Positions 21,966-34,299 of a stretch of 48,153 nt of DNA are shown in pieces. The notes beneath the pieces are model-generated. The model saw only the letters and a program-made list of their open reading frames with translations, ran no database searches and had not been told where the DNA came from. The stretch comes from Chiloscyllium plagiosum (taxonomy: Eukaryota), in NCBI RefSeq assembly GCF_004010195.1, contig NC_057752.1, forward strand, positions 13,357,755 through 13,405,907, written 5' to 3'. Within the stretch, counting starts at the first letter, position 1; every line of letters begins with the position of its first letter. The position numbers and the translations under genes are program-made.

Positions 21966-22946
21966 TGTGACAATGCTATGGCTTTAAGGGATTATTTTGT
22001 CCTGTTTAATTTTAAAAGAGAGGCTTTCAGTCAGAGGTACCGAGCTGACGACTTGGAAAGCCAGTAAAGTCAACAGCTTATGAGGCCCTGGGGTTTTTTT
22101 TAAAGTTCAACCAATAGAAGCAGAGTGGCTGGGTGTGGCCAGCTCTCTCAGACCAGGATTTCTGGTTTTCTTTTATGCTCAGCAGAAGCTGATGGGGTTT
22201 TGTCAAAGTAGAAGCTAACTTTTCCCTCTCTTGGTTACAGTTAGAAGCCGGGGGTTCTCTCTGCTGTTGGGTTACCTGTGAGGCAATCTATTGTTCTGAA
22301 TTTGCCCTTTTTGCCAATGGGTGTGTTTGTGAGATACTACTATATCGGACATGTTAATTATTAATAGTTACTGTATCTATTATTTGGTTAAGTTTTCCAA
22401 TACAGTTAAGTTATTCAAAGTTCTTCTTTCTTTGGTTGTATTGTACCTATAGTGTTTAAATAAATTGAGTTTATGGAAGATGAAGAGGAAGAATCCCCAC
22501 AGGCCATTTGGTCCAATAAGTCCACAGCAACCCTCTGAAGTGCATTCCACCCAGACCCACCCCCCTACCCTATAACCCTACATTTTCCCATGGTTAACCC
22601 ACCTAACCTCCACATCCCTGAACACGATGGGTAATTTAGCATGGCTAATTCATTTAAATTACACATCTTTGGACTGTGGGAGGAAAGCAGAACACCCGGT
22701 AGAAACCCACACAGAGAACGTGCAAACTCTACACAGACATCCGCTTGAGGATGGAATCGAACCCAGGTACCTGGTGTTGTGAGGCAGCAGTGCTAACCAG
22801 TGAGCCATCCGCTAACGTTGAGTAATTTGACCAATCGAATTGCAACTGGAACACAGTACTTCACATCTACCTTTAAAATAAGAGAAAGGTTAGGGTCTAG
22901 GCTACCTTCTTAAATATTTTGAGGGGGCCTGGTCTGTTCCATAACA
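21966..22946 (+). mobile_element. Possible solo LTR, interrupted by an HE1 SINE
   Basis: TG...CA termini (TGCTATGG at 21974 vs CCATAACA ending at 22946) and AATAAA at ~22459. No clear TSD. Confidence 0.35.
22490..22810 (-). mobile_element. HE1-type V-SINE
   Basis: CACATCTTTGGACTGTGGGAGGAAA...GTGCAAACTC.ACACAGACA...GTGAGGCAGCAGTGCTAACC. Confidence 0.8.
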
Positions 22947-23184
22947 GGGTTCTTACTTGAAAGAATTATCAGACTTCATTGAGATAAGCTCCCCCGTGCA
23001 GGATAGAAAGGACTGTTTTAGGAAACAGCTAACCAGTCTTCAGTCCCAGTCTGTGTAAGAACATTTCAGTACCATCTAGAAAGTGCCTAAAATGGATAAT
23101 CTCACACTTGCTTGCATTGAACTTCATCAGTGATCACATGGTGTTGGAGATTGGCATGACAATGAAAATCCAGCCCATTTTTAT

Positions 23185-23470
23185 CATTCATTCATGGGAT
23201 GAAGGCATTGCTGGCTAGGCCAGGATTCATTCCCATCTCTAATTGCCCAGAGGGCAGCTAAGAGTCGACCACATTGCTGTGGGTCTGGAGTCACACGTGG
23301 GCCAGACCAGGTAAGGATGGTAAGGACAATATGGGATTTTCCTCCAATTGACAACAGATTCGTGGTCGCCATTACACTCTTAATTCCAGATTTTATTCCG
23401 CAGCCCCCTCCCCCATCTGCCATGAACTGGGTTTCCCAGGACATTACCTGGGTCTCTGGATTTCTCAACA
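23185..23470 (-). mobile_element. tRNA-type SINE with LINE-derived tail, antisense; similar copies at ~33930-34215, ~36250-36560 and ~38185-38495
   Basis: ATTCATTCATGGGATG..GGCATTGCTGGCTAGGCCAG...CCAGACCAGGTAAGGATGG. Confidence 0.7.
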
Positions 23471-25372
23471 TCTATGCTATTAAATCCTTTAATCATTTTA
23501 AAGACCTTCCTTAGGTCAGTCTCCCTCCACCTCCAGCACCGCCAACATATATTTTCAGAAGAGAAACCCTGCTCTCCCTGATTGCTACACCTTCCCAGGT
23601 TTGTAAATTCACACTTTCTCTCATTCCTTCCACTCTGTCCTGTGGAGGCTGGAATTGTGCACAATATCCTGAGTGTTGTTTAACTAAAGTTCCATGAAAG
23701 ACAGCATAATGTCACATCTTTTGAATTCTATTGCTGTAAAGTTCAACCCCAGTGCTTTGTGTGCATTTTCACAGCTTGGCTAACGCATCTTTTTTTTAAT
23801 GATTTATGATGTATGTACATAGTGCATGATTCCTTATGGTTCCAGTTATTTATATGTATTATTAGGCTGCTGAATATCCAGGAACTAAAGGTCACAAGGT
23901 AAAGACATTGTAACTAAGGATTGTACCTGGGTACTCTGTCCCTAAGATGGGCACCATGTTGGTGACGCTTTGTGCTGTAACTAATCTGTAACTGAAGAAC
24001 CTTTACCAAGTTACCTTTGTACCTAAGATGGCACTGAAACATTTCACTGTACACATTTGAGTACATGTGACAATAAAGCTAATTCATTCATTCATTCATT
24101 GTGATCTACTTAGTTAATTGCATCAACATGTACAAAGTGGTGCAGTGGTAATGCCTCTATCTCTGGGCTAGAAGGTCTGGCTTCAAGCTCCACCAGCCCC
24201 AAAGGTACGTTAGCATGCAACCAAACATGTAGATTAAGAATAATTATTAAGACACATATGAAGAAGAGATAGACTTGGGATTTAAGGCTGTTTGAAATAA
24301 AACTGATCAGCAAGTGTATGCTTCGTCAAAAAGTGCTGCATTTTGTTGTGCACAACACCAGCAAGTGTGACGTGAGCAGGCAACAGTTTGGGCTAAATTT
24401 GAACTCTGCTTGTGAGCAACAACCCTTTAAGAGCTTTTGCTCAGACAAGTTCCCTCCCCATCCCATTCTCTTTATGCCTGTTGCCCACGTGAACAGAACC
24501 TGCTATCATGAGGAGGCACTAATTTGGCAATGCCAGCCTACTTCACACATGGGCACTGCCCCAATTTTGGAGGGCTAGTAAAGTCAGGTTCTAAGTGGTA
24601 TGTACAAAGTTAAAAATCACTCAACCGTTGTACATCCCAGTCCAACACTGGCACCTCCAAATCATTCTCAGTGGTATGACTACTATCTTCTTCCTTGTCC
24701 AACCAACCTCATGAGGCTCACCTCATTTCATTGTCCTGCCAATTTAATGGTTTCTGTTTCCTCCTCTGAAAGGGCTGGTGGGCACCTTTCAGATGCTTGG
24801 CACCGATATTACACTCCAGTGCCCCAGAACAGATTAGGACACCTAATGGCACCTAGAAATTCATTCACATCACTTGGTCATGCCAAGCCTAACAGGAGCT
24901 AAGCAAAAGATACCAATCCATGCCAGGTCTCAGTACCACTAACAGAGCAATAGAAGGTGGATCACACTGGCAGTTGTCCACTGTGAGTTCCTGATTTCAA
25001 CCACACAGTACTGGGATGTGTGTGGTCAAGTGGGAGCCAGGCACATCCCCACAATGACAAGAACACTGAATCTTCTTTTTAAACATTAAGACATTTTTAA
25101 AACCCCCATTTTACTCACTGGAAGGAAGCTGGGATAATAACTTGATTGGATTCCGTCGATCTCCGTAGCTGGAGATAAAGGAGAGAATGGCACAGCAAGC
25201 CAGACAATACTGCCTTGAAGCCTGAGGAGTGTCGTTGCCTGGGACCAGTTCCATTTGTGTAGTCAAGGAAATCTGCATAGTGTGAGGCAATGAAAAGATA
25301 GCGGATTCTGCCTTTCAAAACAAAATTGGACAAGCCAAAAGAATGACCAAAATAAATTTCCTTTCTCCTCAG

Positions 25373-25525
25373 ACACTGGCATCAGTACTTGGAGCGCTCT
25401 CTGCGACCAATATTGTCGAGCTGATTATTTCCCTGATATGCCTCTGTGTGCTCATTCCGACAAAAGAGCTCAGCAGCCGTTTCAGGGAGAGATTCCGTGC
25501 TCCCATTCCCATCGAGGTGATCATG
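25373..25525 (+). CDS. slc26a10: SLC26A10-like exon 5 (TLASVLGALSATNIVELIISL...KELSSRFRERFRAPIPIEVIM)
   Basis: Acceptor ctttctcctcAG, donor ATG|GTGAGT, 153 nt, with the PIP.E motif. Confidence 0.95.
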
Positions 25526-25582
25526 GTGAGTGAGCGATGGCAGCTGCTGTGAATGTCATTGCCTCAGGACTTATCCCAAGTG

Positions 25583-25793
25583 GTATGGACAAATGGATGG
25601 ATGGACCAATGGATAGACGGACGGATGGATGGACATATGGGCAGACGTACGGACCGGTGGATGGACGGACGGGTGGATAGATGGATGGATTGAGGGAGGG
25701 ATGGATGGACGGAAGGATGGATGGACAGATGGATAGAGGGATGGTCTGATGGCTGAATGGATGGATAGACAGATGGTTTGACGGACGATGGAT
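25583..25793. repeat. Degenerate (GGAT/GGAC)n microsatellite
   Basis: Directly visible tetranucleotide periodicity. Confidence 0.9.
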
Positions 25794-25847
25794 GTGAAGC
25801 CATACACAGTTCCACCTGTGTGAGGCTCCACAGCTTTCAGTCTCGTC

Positions 25848-25980
25848 CCTGATGTAGGGCTCCTGCCTGAAACATCGATTCTCCTGCTCCTCAGATGCTG
25901 CCTGACCTGCTGCGCTTTTCCAACACCAAACCCTTTGACTTTGATCTCCAGCAATGCAGCAATGCAGTCATCACTTTCTC
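25848..25980 (+). mobile_element. Single-arm Penelope-like pLTR remnant (family A) with a decayed hammerhead
   Basis: CCTGATGTAGGGCTCCTGCCTGAAACATCGATTCTCCTGCTCC...GATGCTGCCTGACCTGCTGCGCTTTTCCA. Confidence 0.7.
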
Positions 25981-26164
25981 TTAGCTTCAGGCTGGCAAGG
26001 TTCAGCACAATGCCTCAAGATTGTCCATCCTATCTGGAGGAGAGTAGTGTCCTGATTAGAATGTATGCTCGTTAGAAATTGTACAGGAGGAGGCCATTTA
26101 GCCCCTTCAGCATTGAATTCAATTATTTCCATTTCACTTTCAGTCAAAATTAAAAGGGAGGACA

Positions 26165-26902
26165 AAAGAACAGAATATTATTTAAATGGAGAGAAACTGC
26201 AGAAAGCTGCAACACAAAGGGATTTGGGGGCACTTGTGTGTAAAACACAGAAAGCTAGCACACAGGGGCAGCAGGGAATCAGGAAGGCTCAGGGAATGTT
26301 GGCCCTTATTCCAAGGGAGTTGGAGTGTAAGAGTAGGGAAGTCTTACTGTAACTGTACAAGGTGCTGGTGAGACCACGTCTGGAACACTGTGAGCAGCTC
26401 TGGTCCCTTAAATAAGGAAAGATGTCATTTCATTGGAGGCAGTTCAGAGAAGGTTCATTAGGATGATCCCTGGTGTGGGAGAAAAGGTTAAACAGGCTGG
26501 GACTCTACTCACTGGAGTTGAGAAGGATGAGAGATGATCTCAGTGGAAGATATTGGATTCCTTAGGGGCTTGGCAGGGTAAATGCTGAGAGGAGGTTTCC
26601 CCTCATGGGAGAGTCTAGGACCAGGGGTCATAGGCTCAGAATAATGGGGCACCAATTGAAGACTGAGATGAGGAGGCATTTCTTCTCTGAGAGGGTTTGG
26701 ACCTCCTTGCCACAGAGAGCTGTGGGGGCACAGTCCTTGTGTTTAAGGCTGAGGTAGAGTCTTGATCAGATGGGGAATCTCAGGTTCTGGGGAAAAGGGC
26801 AGGAAAGTGAATGTGAGGAATGTCGGATCAACCGTGACCCCGTTGAATGGTGGAACAGGCTCAAGGGACTAAACAGCCTACTCCTCTTCCTGTTTCTTAT
26901 GG
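26165..26902 (+). mobile_element. CR1 LINE 3' fragment
   Basis: YYLNGEKLQ...QRDLG.LV...GMLALI.R.LE.KSREVLL, followed by a CR1 3' UTR. Confidence 0.9.
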
Positions 26903-27699
26903 CCGAATGGCTGATCTGTGTTTTAAATCCTGATATACATTGTCACTGTCCTTCATCCTGAGTCCCTTTCAGACAGCCTGAAGGCTGGCCTGAAGCCCAG
27001 TCCTTCCAACCAGCCCTCCCATTTGAGCTGCCTGAGCCCTTTCCCCACAAAACTGAACAGTGGTCCATTGAGGAGTTGAGCGCTCAGCGGTGGGATCCAG
27101 GCTTTTGTCCTTCTCAGACAGCGAGGTTGATGAATTCCTGTCATTGTGATCTGGCACTTAAACTGCACGGATTCAGATGGGGTCAGTTCAGAGCAGGTAA
27201 TGATCCTTTTTGAGTGCTTCATGTACATAAAGGCACCGCAAAGTGTTGGAAACAATGAAAAGGAAACCCTAAATCACCAACCACAAGTGTTTCATCGTAT
27301 TTTTAAAACATTGTCATGTCAGAAATGTGGCGGTCCATTTGTACTCAACGAGCTCCCGCTAACAATGAAGTCACGATTGGAGAATCTGTTGCGTCTGAGC
27401 ATTAAATATTGGCCAGGACGCTGGACAGTCCACCTCACTTTGAAATTGCACTGTGCGGTTATTTTTATATCTACCTGAGGAAGAGGCACAGCCTCAATTA
27501 AATGTCAGTAGCTCTGACAGCACAGCACTCCCCCAGCGCTGCAGTGGGTGGAGTGGGCTGGAGGTTTGTAGTCATGACTCTGTCTCAGCTTTGAGGGGGC
27601 TACCCACTAAACATGGCAACCGAGCAGGTACAAACGGAGTGACGTTTTACCAGCTTCTGATCCATTTGTGATGGGGAAATACCTGAAACGAATTAGCAC

Positions 27700-28485
27700 A
27701 TTTAGCATGCTTGCCTTAGTTACTCAGACCTTTGAGTGTAGGAGTTGGGACGTCATGTTGAGGTTGTACAGGACATTGGTGAGGCCTCTTCTGGAGAACT
27801 GTGTCCAGTTCTGGTCACCCAGGAAGGATATTATTAAACTGGAGAGGTTCAGAGAAGAGATTTACCAGGATGTTGCTGTACAGGACATTGGTGAGGCCTC
27901 TTCTGGAGAACTGTGTCCAGTTCTGGTCACCCAGGAAGGATATTATTAAACTGGAGAGGGTTCAGAGAAGAGATTTACCAGGATGTTGCTGGGAATGGAG
28001 GGGTTAAGTTATAAAGAGAGGCTGGATAGACTGGGACATTTTTCACTGGAACGCTGGAGGTTGAGGTTTATAAATAATGAGGGGGACAGATAAGGTGAAT
28101 GGCAGGTGTCTTTTCCCGGCGGGGGTGGGGGGTGGGGGGGGGGGATTTGAAGACTAGCCTTACCGAGGGATGTAGATAAAGGTGAATGGCAGGTATCTTC
28201 CGTATGGTGCAGGATTTCAAGACTAGGGGATATGTTTTTAAGGTGAGAGGAGAAAGATTTTAAAAAGACACGAGGAGCAATTGTTTTACACGGCGAAGTG
28301 GTTCATGTGTGTGATGAATTTTGTGAGGAAACAGTTACAACATTTAAAAGACATTTGGATAAGTGCAGGAACAGGAAAGGTTTGGAGAGATATGGGCCAG
28401 GAGCAGGCAGGTGGGACTAGATTAGTTTGGGATTATGGTCGGCATGGACTGGTTGGACCGAAGGGTCTGTCTCCGCGCTGTATGT
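27700..28485 (+). mobile_element. CR1 LINE 3' fragment with an internal 112-bp tandem duplication
   Basis: [22 protein letters not shown] appears twice (27765-27876 and 27877-27989). Confidence 0.9.
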
Positions 28486-28515
28486 ATCTAACCCTGTACT
28501 TTGCTTTGTTAACAG

Positions 28516-28598
28516 ATTATAGTGGCTACTGCAGTCACCTTTGCTACATCGCTCGATGAGTGCTGCAACGTCCAAGTCGTGGGTCATATCCCTGCAGG
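28516..28598 (+). CDS. slc26a10: SLC26A10-like exon 6 (IIVATAVTFATSLDECCNVQVVGHIPA-G)
   Basis: Not in the ORF track in this frame; read by hand. Acceptor tttgttaacAG, donor GG|GTGAGC, 83 nt, phase 0-2, with the V.VVG.IP.G motif. Confidence 0.92.
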
Positions 28599-30144
28599 GT
28601 GAGCTTTCCTTTCTCTGGCAGATTAAAAGCTCAGTGAGGAATGGTGTGTGACAATTACCACTAGTGTCTTGAGTGAAAAATTGTGACTTGGGTTTTTTTG
28701 TTTGCTCATAAAAAGTTCCAGTTCGTTAGTGATGTGTAACCAAAGTTTCCTGGTCATCAAGCTGAGTCACATTCCCAGCTTGCAAATATGACCTGCCTGG
28801 GTCAACCTTTATGCTCAGTTCTTTTTTATTATTTAGGCGGCAGTCCCAGCTCTAAGTCGGGGAGTTTGTTCTGCAGTCCATGACCTGCCCCTCTGGTTTG
28901 TAATCCTCACCCAGGGCAGGATATCTAACTGTGGACTGATGGGGCCTGTTGGGTGAGTCAGGGGAACACATCCGCAGAGCTCCTCAGTCTCTCACCACTT
29001 CAAGATCGAGATGGTCTAAAACCTTCAGCAGTGGAAGAGCTCTGAGTTTAGTTGGAGTTGCAAGGCTCCAGGCCTCGGGCCTAGAGCTATCTGCACTGCC
29101 TAGTTGAGAGTGCAGCTTGCCTCCATCTCAAAGCAAGACTGATGGTAGGAAGGGGCACAACTAAGGGAGAGGTATTGAGTTTTCTTTGTCTGGAATGTTG
29201 CTGAATGTGTGAGACTGACCTGAGTTTAGGCCACCTGAGGGCTTATCACAGGAGCCCCAGATGGTTTTGGGCCTGTTTTGGGGAGCATTGGGAGAGTGGA
29301 ACAAGGTGTTGTTCATGTGCGGCATTGCAACATTTTTCAAGGGAAAGGGGCAGTGACAGAGTAAACTCTCAACATTATAACTTGCAGCCTTCTTCAGGCA
29401 ATTGAGAAACACCCTCAGTGGCACAACCACTGTTATTTCGAGTAGACAACCTTTTCCTGGTCTCATGATCTTTGGTGAAGTCAGAGCCAGGTGTTAGCAG
29501 TGAACAGATCTGAACAACCCTGAGGTCAGAATCAGTAGTCCATATCTATTTGCTCCTCCACGGTTTTTTTGAGACCTAAAGACTATATGTTCTTGGGCAG
29601 CACCTTAAGATCATACGCCCTAGAATTCTTTTGTAAAGGACCATGTTGATGCACATAGAATGGGTGCATCTGGGAGTAGAAGCTTCTGGAATGATTGTCG
29701 CCCACAGCAAACTGACTCTGATAGTTAGAAAAGTGTAGGGCAGGGTCTGAAATGGCCAGAGTACAGCACTAGGTTCTGCCCCGCTAAGTTGATCAAAATG
29801 CCAATGTGAGAAGGCCATTTATTGGAGGGTTGGGGGTCACTGCTGTAGACCTCCGACTGGGAGAGCAATGTTCTAATGCTCCAGCTTTCTCCATCATGAA
29901 GGGAGAGCGCAAGAAAATAATTCTCCGAGTAAACATCCATTTCGACATTGCCCAAATGCGAAGCACTTTATCTAGATCAATCGCTGAAAGAATTCACTTG
30001 GGCCATGCATATACAACTTCACATTGAAATGATATTCTGTATGCAGAGAAGGGGACGATATGGTTAGTCATCTTTATACCTTTGTTGGTGAGCTTGGCAC
30101 TGTGGTGGCAGAGGGTCTGTTTCGTTTGATATGCATTTAATGAA

Positions 30145-30475
30145 TTATAGGATCCCAACAGTGTGGAAGCAGGGCATTTGGCCCATCACGTACATACCAA
30201 CCCTCCGAAGAGCATTCCACCCAGACCCACCCCATCCCTGTAACCCTGCATTTCCCATGGCTAACCCACATATCTCTGGACAATTTACCTTGGCCAATCC
30301 AACTAACCTGCACATCTTTGGATTGTGGGAGGAAACCACAGCACCCAGAGGAAACTCACACAGGTACAGGGAGAATGTGCAAACTTCACACAGACAGTTG
30401 CCCGAGGGTAGAATCAAACCTGGGTTTCTGGTGCTGTGAGGCAGCAGTGCTAACCTCTGAGCCACCGTGCTGCCC
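30145..30475 (-). mobile_element. HE1-type V-SINE
   Basis: Starts GGGCAGCACGGTGGCTCAG on the - strand and is collinear with 41135-41457. Confidence 0.85.
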
Positions 30476-30660
30476 TAGTTTTGACAACTTTTTTTTTTCC
30501 TTGTTTACAAAATGTTTTGTTCCTTGCCTTATAAGTACACTGGCAGCCTCTCATGACTGCATTCAGTAACTGACTTCCACGATTAAAAAGAAATAAAGTT
30601 ATGAACTATTGAGCCAGATTTCAGTCCAGGATCTAACTTGTCAAGTACTGTATTAGCTTC

Positions 30661-30864
30661 GATTTGGAGATACCGGTGTTGGACTAGGGTATACAAAGTT
30701 AAAAATCACACAACACCAGGTTATAGTCCAACAGGTTTAATTGGAAGCACTAGCTTTCGGAGCGCCGCTCCTTCTATCACCTGATGAAGGAGCGTCACTC
30801 TGAAAGCTAGTGCTTCCAATTAAACCTGTTGGACTATAACCTGGTGTTGTGGGATTTTTAACTT
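30661..30864. mobile_element. Penelope-like hairpin insertion (family B): ~30-nt tail + ~84-bp inverted repeat, 12-bp TSD
   Basis: Arms ~30691-30774 and ~30786-30869. Direct repeat TGTATTAGCTTC at 30649-30660 and 30865-30876. Confidence 0.85.
30778..30812 (+). ncRNA. Minimal hammerhead ribozyme motif (PLE type)
   Basis: CAC-CUGAUGA-A-GGAG(CGUCA)CUCU-GAAA-G-CUA-GUG: stem I CAC/GUG, stem II GGAG/CUCU, palindromic AGCU in place of stem III. Confidence 0.7.
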
Positions 30865-30967
30865 TGTATTAGCTTCAGCTGGGATCATAACAAATGGATA
30901 AATTGAAGGGAAAGCGACCTGGGAGAATCAGACAAGGAATGATTTTGGAACCAAGTGCATGGCAGGC

Positions 30968-31168
30968 TAAACAGAAATTGCTGGAAAAGCTCAGCAGATC
31001 TGGCAGCATCAGTGGAGGGAAATTAGAGTCAATGTTTCAGGTCCAGTCACCCTTCTTCAGAACTGTGTTAACTGAAACGTGAACTCTGATTTCTCTCCAA
31101 AGATGCTGAGCTTTCCCAGCAATTTCTGTTTTGGTGTCTGATTTCCAGCACCTGCAGTCCTTTCACTT
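30968..31168. mobile_element. Penelope-like inverted-repeat element (family C), closely related to 6165-6350 in opposite orientation
   Basis: AAACAGAAATTGCTGG..AAGCTCAGCA at the left, TGCTGAGCTTTCCCAGCAATTTCTGTTT at the right, and a - strand CTGAAGAAGGGTGACTGGACCTGAAAC. Confidence 0.7.
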
Positions 31169-31461
31169 TTCATTTCAGGATAGTTTGGGATAAAGTTGAA
31201 TCCTCAGTTTATGAAGTGATGGTCATCCATCTGCGGGCTGAAGATGTCAGAAATTCGGGGCACTTTCTTGGCATCTTGCAGTTCACTCCCTACCAACAAG
31301 TACACAGCGCCAACTTGCACATGCTAACGGCACGGCTCCCATTGAGGGTGAAGTTGGTTTTGGGCAGCAGCGTGAAATGGGGGATGATAAACTGGCATCT
31401 TGTTTGACACCACACCTGACGTCATCATGCACTGGGCCTGTAGCAGATGGCTGATACACCA

Positions 31462-31742
31462 CCTCAGAGGAAAGGGAAGACCCTTTAGAACAGCGATAAG
31501 GGGAAACTTCTTCAGCCAGAGAGTGGGGAATCTGTGGAATTCATTGCCACAGAAGGCTGTGGGGGCCAGGTCATTGAGTATATTTAAGACAGAGGTAGAT
31601 AAGTTCTTGATTGCCAAGCAGGTCAAAGGTTATAGGAGAAAGCAGGAAAACGGGGTTGAAAAACCTATCAGCCATAATCAAATGGTGGAGCAGACTCAAT
31701 GGGCTGAATGGCCTAATTTCTGCACCTATGGTCTTATGTCCA
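31462..31742 (+). mobile_element. CR1 LINE 3' fragment
   Basis: LRGKGRPFRT..RGNFFSQRVGNLWNSLPQKAV.A.SL.IFKTEVDKFL. Confidence 0.9.
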
Positions 31743-32012
31743 ATGAACAACTTGTTGCCGAAGGCAATCCTATGCACTTCATTGTATTTTGAATGAAAAA
31801 GATGAGCTGGAAGTGATGGCTAGGAAATCTGAGGAAGGAATATGAAAGGAATCTCTTTGGAACCATGTGAAGTTCCATTCAGCTTCTAACAGTCAGCGTT
31901 AAAGGGGACCGAAACACATGTTAAGCCTTTTTATTTTGTCTATTAGTTGCCTTTTACCCCAACCTATCTCAAAAGACAATGAAATAATGTCTTCTCTTCA
32001 TTTTCTTCCTAG

Positions 32013-32160
32013 ATTCCCAAAGCCCCAGTTGCCAGCACTGGGGAGCATCCCAAGTATAATCGGAGATACCATTGCAATTACCTTTGTCGGCTACGCTGTG
32101 TCTGTATCACTGGCTATGCTCTATGCAGACAAGCACAGATACAAGATTGACCCCAATCAG
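32013..32160 (+). CDS. slc26a10: SLC26A10-like exon 7 (FPKPQLPALGSIPSIIGDTIAITFVGYAVSVSLAMLYADKHRYKIDPNQ)
   Basis: Acceptor ttttcttcctAG, donor CAG|GTCTGT, 148 nt, phase 2-0. Ends in NQ of the conserved NQE motif. Confidence 0.95.
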
Positions 32161-32221
32161 GTCTGTAGCATCAAACTACAAATGAGCCTGATTCAGTCCT
32201 CACTTGGTGGTCTCTTGTCCG

Positions 32222-33352
32222 ATCGGTGCTGGATCCACTGCTGTTTGTCATTTATATAATTGATTTGGATGAGAATATGGGAGACATGAGGAGTAAGTTT
32301 GCGGATGACACCAAAATTGGTGGTGTAGTGGATAGTGAAGAAGGTTATCTCAGAGTACAAGGGGTTGTTGATCAACTGGGCCAGTGGACCAAACAATGGC
32401 AGATGCAGTTTAATTAAGATAAATGCGAGATGTTGCATTTTGGTAAGACAAACCAGGGCAGGACTTGCACAGTTAATGGTAGTGCCCTGGGGAGTGTTGC
32501 TGAACAGGGAGACGTGGGGCTGCAAGTACATAGTTCCTTGAAGGTTGTGACACAGTTATCATAGGGTGATGAAGAAGGCACTTGGCACGCCTGCCTTCAT
32601 TACTCAGAGTATTGAGTACAGGAGTTGGGATGTCATGTTACGGCTGTACAGGATATTGCTGAGGCCACTTTTGGAGTACTGCATACAATTATAGAGTCAT
32701 AGCATGTACAGCAAGGAAACAGACCCTTCGGTCCAACTCACCCATGCCTACCAGCTATCCTAAATTAATCTAGTTCTGTTTGCCAGCATTTGGTCCATAC
32801 CCCTCTAAACCCATCCTATTTATATTCTGGTCGCCTTGCTACAGGAAGGATATTATTAAATTGGAAAGGATGCAAAATGATTTGCAAGGATGTTACTCAG
32901 ATTGGAAGGTTTGAGCTAAAGGGAGAGGCTGAACAGGCTGGGGCTGTTTTCCCTGGACCGTCGGAGGCTGAGGGGTGACGTTATAGAGGTTTATAAAATC
33001 ACGAGGGGCATGGATAGGGTGAATAGCTAAGGTCTTTTTCCCAGGGTAGGGGAGTCCAGAACTAGAGGGCATAGGTTTAAGGCGAGAGGGGAAAGATTTA
33101 TAAAGGGACCTAAAGGGCAACCTTTTCACACAGAGGGTGGTGTGTGTATGGAATGAGCTGCCAGAGGAAGTGGTGGAGGCTGGTACAATTACAACATTTA
33201 AAAGGCATCTGGGTGGGTATATGAATAGGAAAGGTTTTGGAGGGATATGGGCCAAATGCTGGCAAATGGGACGAGTTCAGTTTGGTAAACCTGGTCAGCA
33301 TGGACGAGTTGGGCTGAAGGGTCTCTTTCCATGCTGCATGACTCTATGATTC
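32222..33352 (+). mobile_element. CR1 LINE RT to 3' end (~1.1 kb) with a nested antisense tail (~32690-32825)
   Basis: RT motif LFVIYI.DLD...SKFADDTK; WNELPEEVVEAGTITTFKRHL. Contains stops and frameshifts. Confidence 0.92.
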
Positions 33353-34299
33353 AATGAGGTACATAGATAGGAAGGGTTTAGAAGGAAATAAGCCAAATGT
33401 AGGCAAGTGAGGCTAGTTTAGTTTGGAAAATTTATTGGCATGGACAGGTCTGTTTCTGTGCTGTATGACTCTCTGATTCTCAGATGTTTAAAGGAGTTGA
33501 TAGGCTGAAACTATTTCCTCTAGTGGGGGCAGTCAGAACAAGGGGGTGAGGAAACCGTGAAAGGAGAACCAGGCCAGTCAGGAGAGAGAAAATCTGAAAT
33601 GTTCTCCCTCCAAAATGCTGTTGATGCTGGGGGTCAGTTGAAAATTCAATGACTAAGATTGACAGAGTATTCCTCTTGGATAAAGGGGTTTAACGGTTAT
33701 GGAATTGAACTGGGTAAATGGAGTTAAGATGCAGAATTACTGATCTAATTAGATTGTAGCATAGCCCTGAGTAGCTGATGGCCTCTTCCTGTTCCTGAAC
33801 CCTTCCTTAGCCAAGTAAAAATCAATCTCAGATATGTTAATTGACTCATTGTCCTCTTCCCTGTGCTCCCAAGAGGCTTTTTCAAGTTGTAGGCCTTATT
33901 GGAAAGGTCTCCATTAGTTGGCCTCATTGTCCTTGAATGAGTGGCTTGTTGAGCTATTTCTGAGGGAATTTAAGAGTCAACCACTTTGCTGTGCTAATGT
34001 AGACCAGACTGGGTAAAGATGGCAAATTTCCTTCCCAAAAGCAAGGCCATTAGTGAATCACATGGGTTCTTGGGGCATTTGTGGTCACCATGGCTGAGAT
34101 AAGCTTTATATCCCCGATTTTTAAAATTGAGTTTAAATTCTACCAGCACAGCAAGATTTGAACATTATCCTGGGTTGCTAGATTATTAGCTCAGTGACAT
34201 AGCTAATAGGCCACTAGTAACATTTTGCACCTGCCCATGAATTAAGGGCAATAGGAATAATCCAAGAAATTACAGATCTGGTGAGCCTTACCTCATTTA

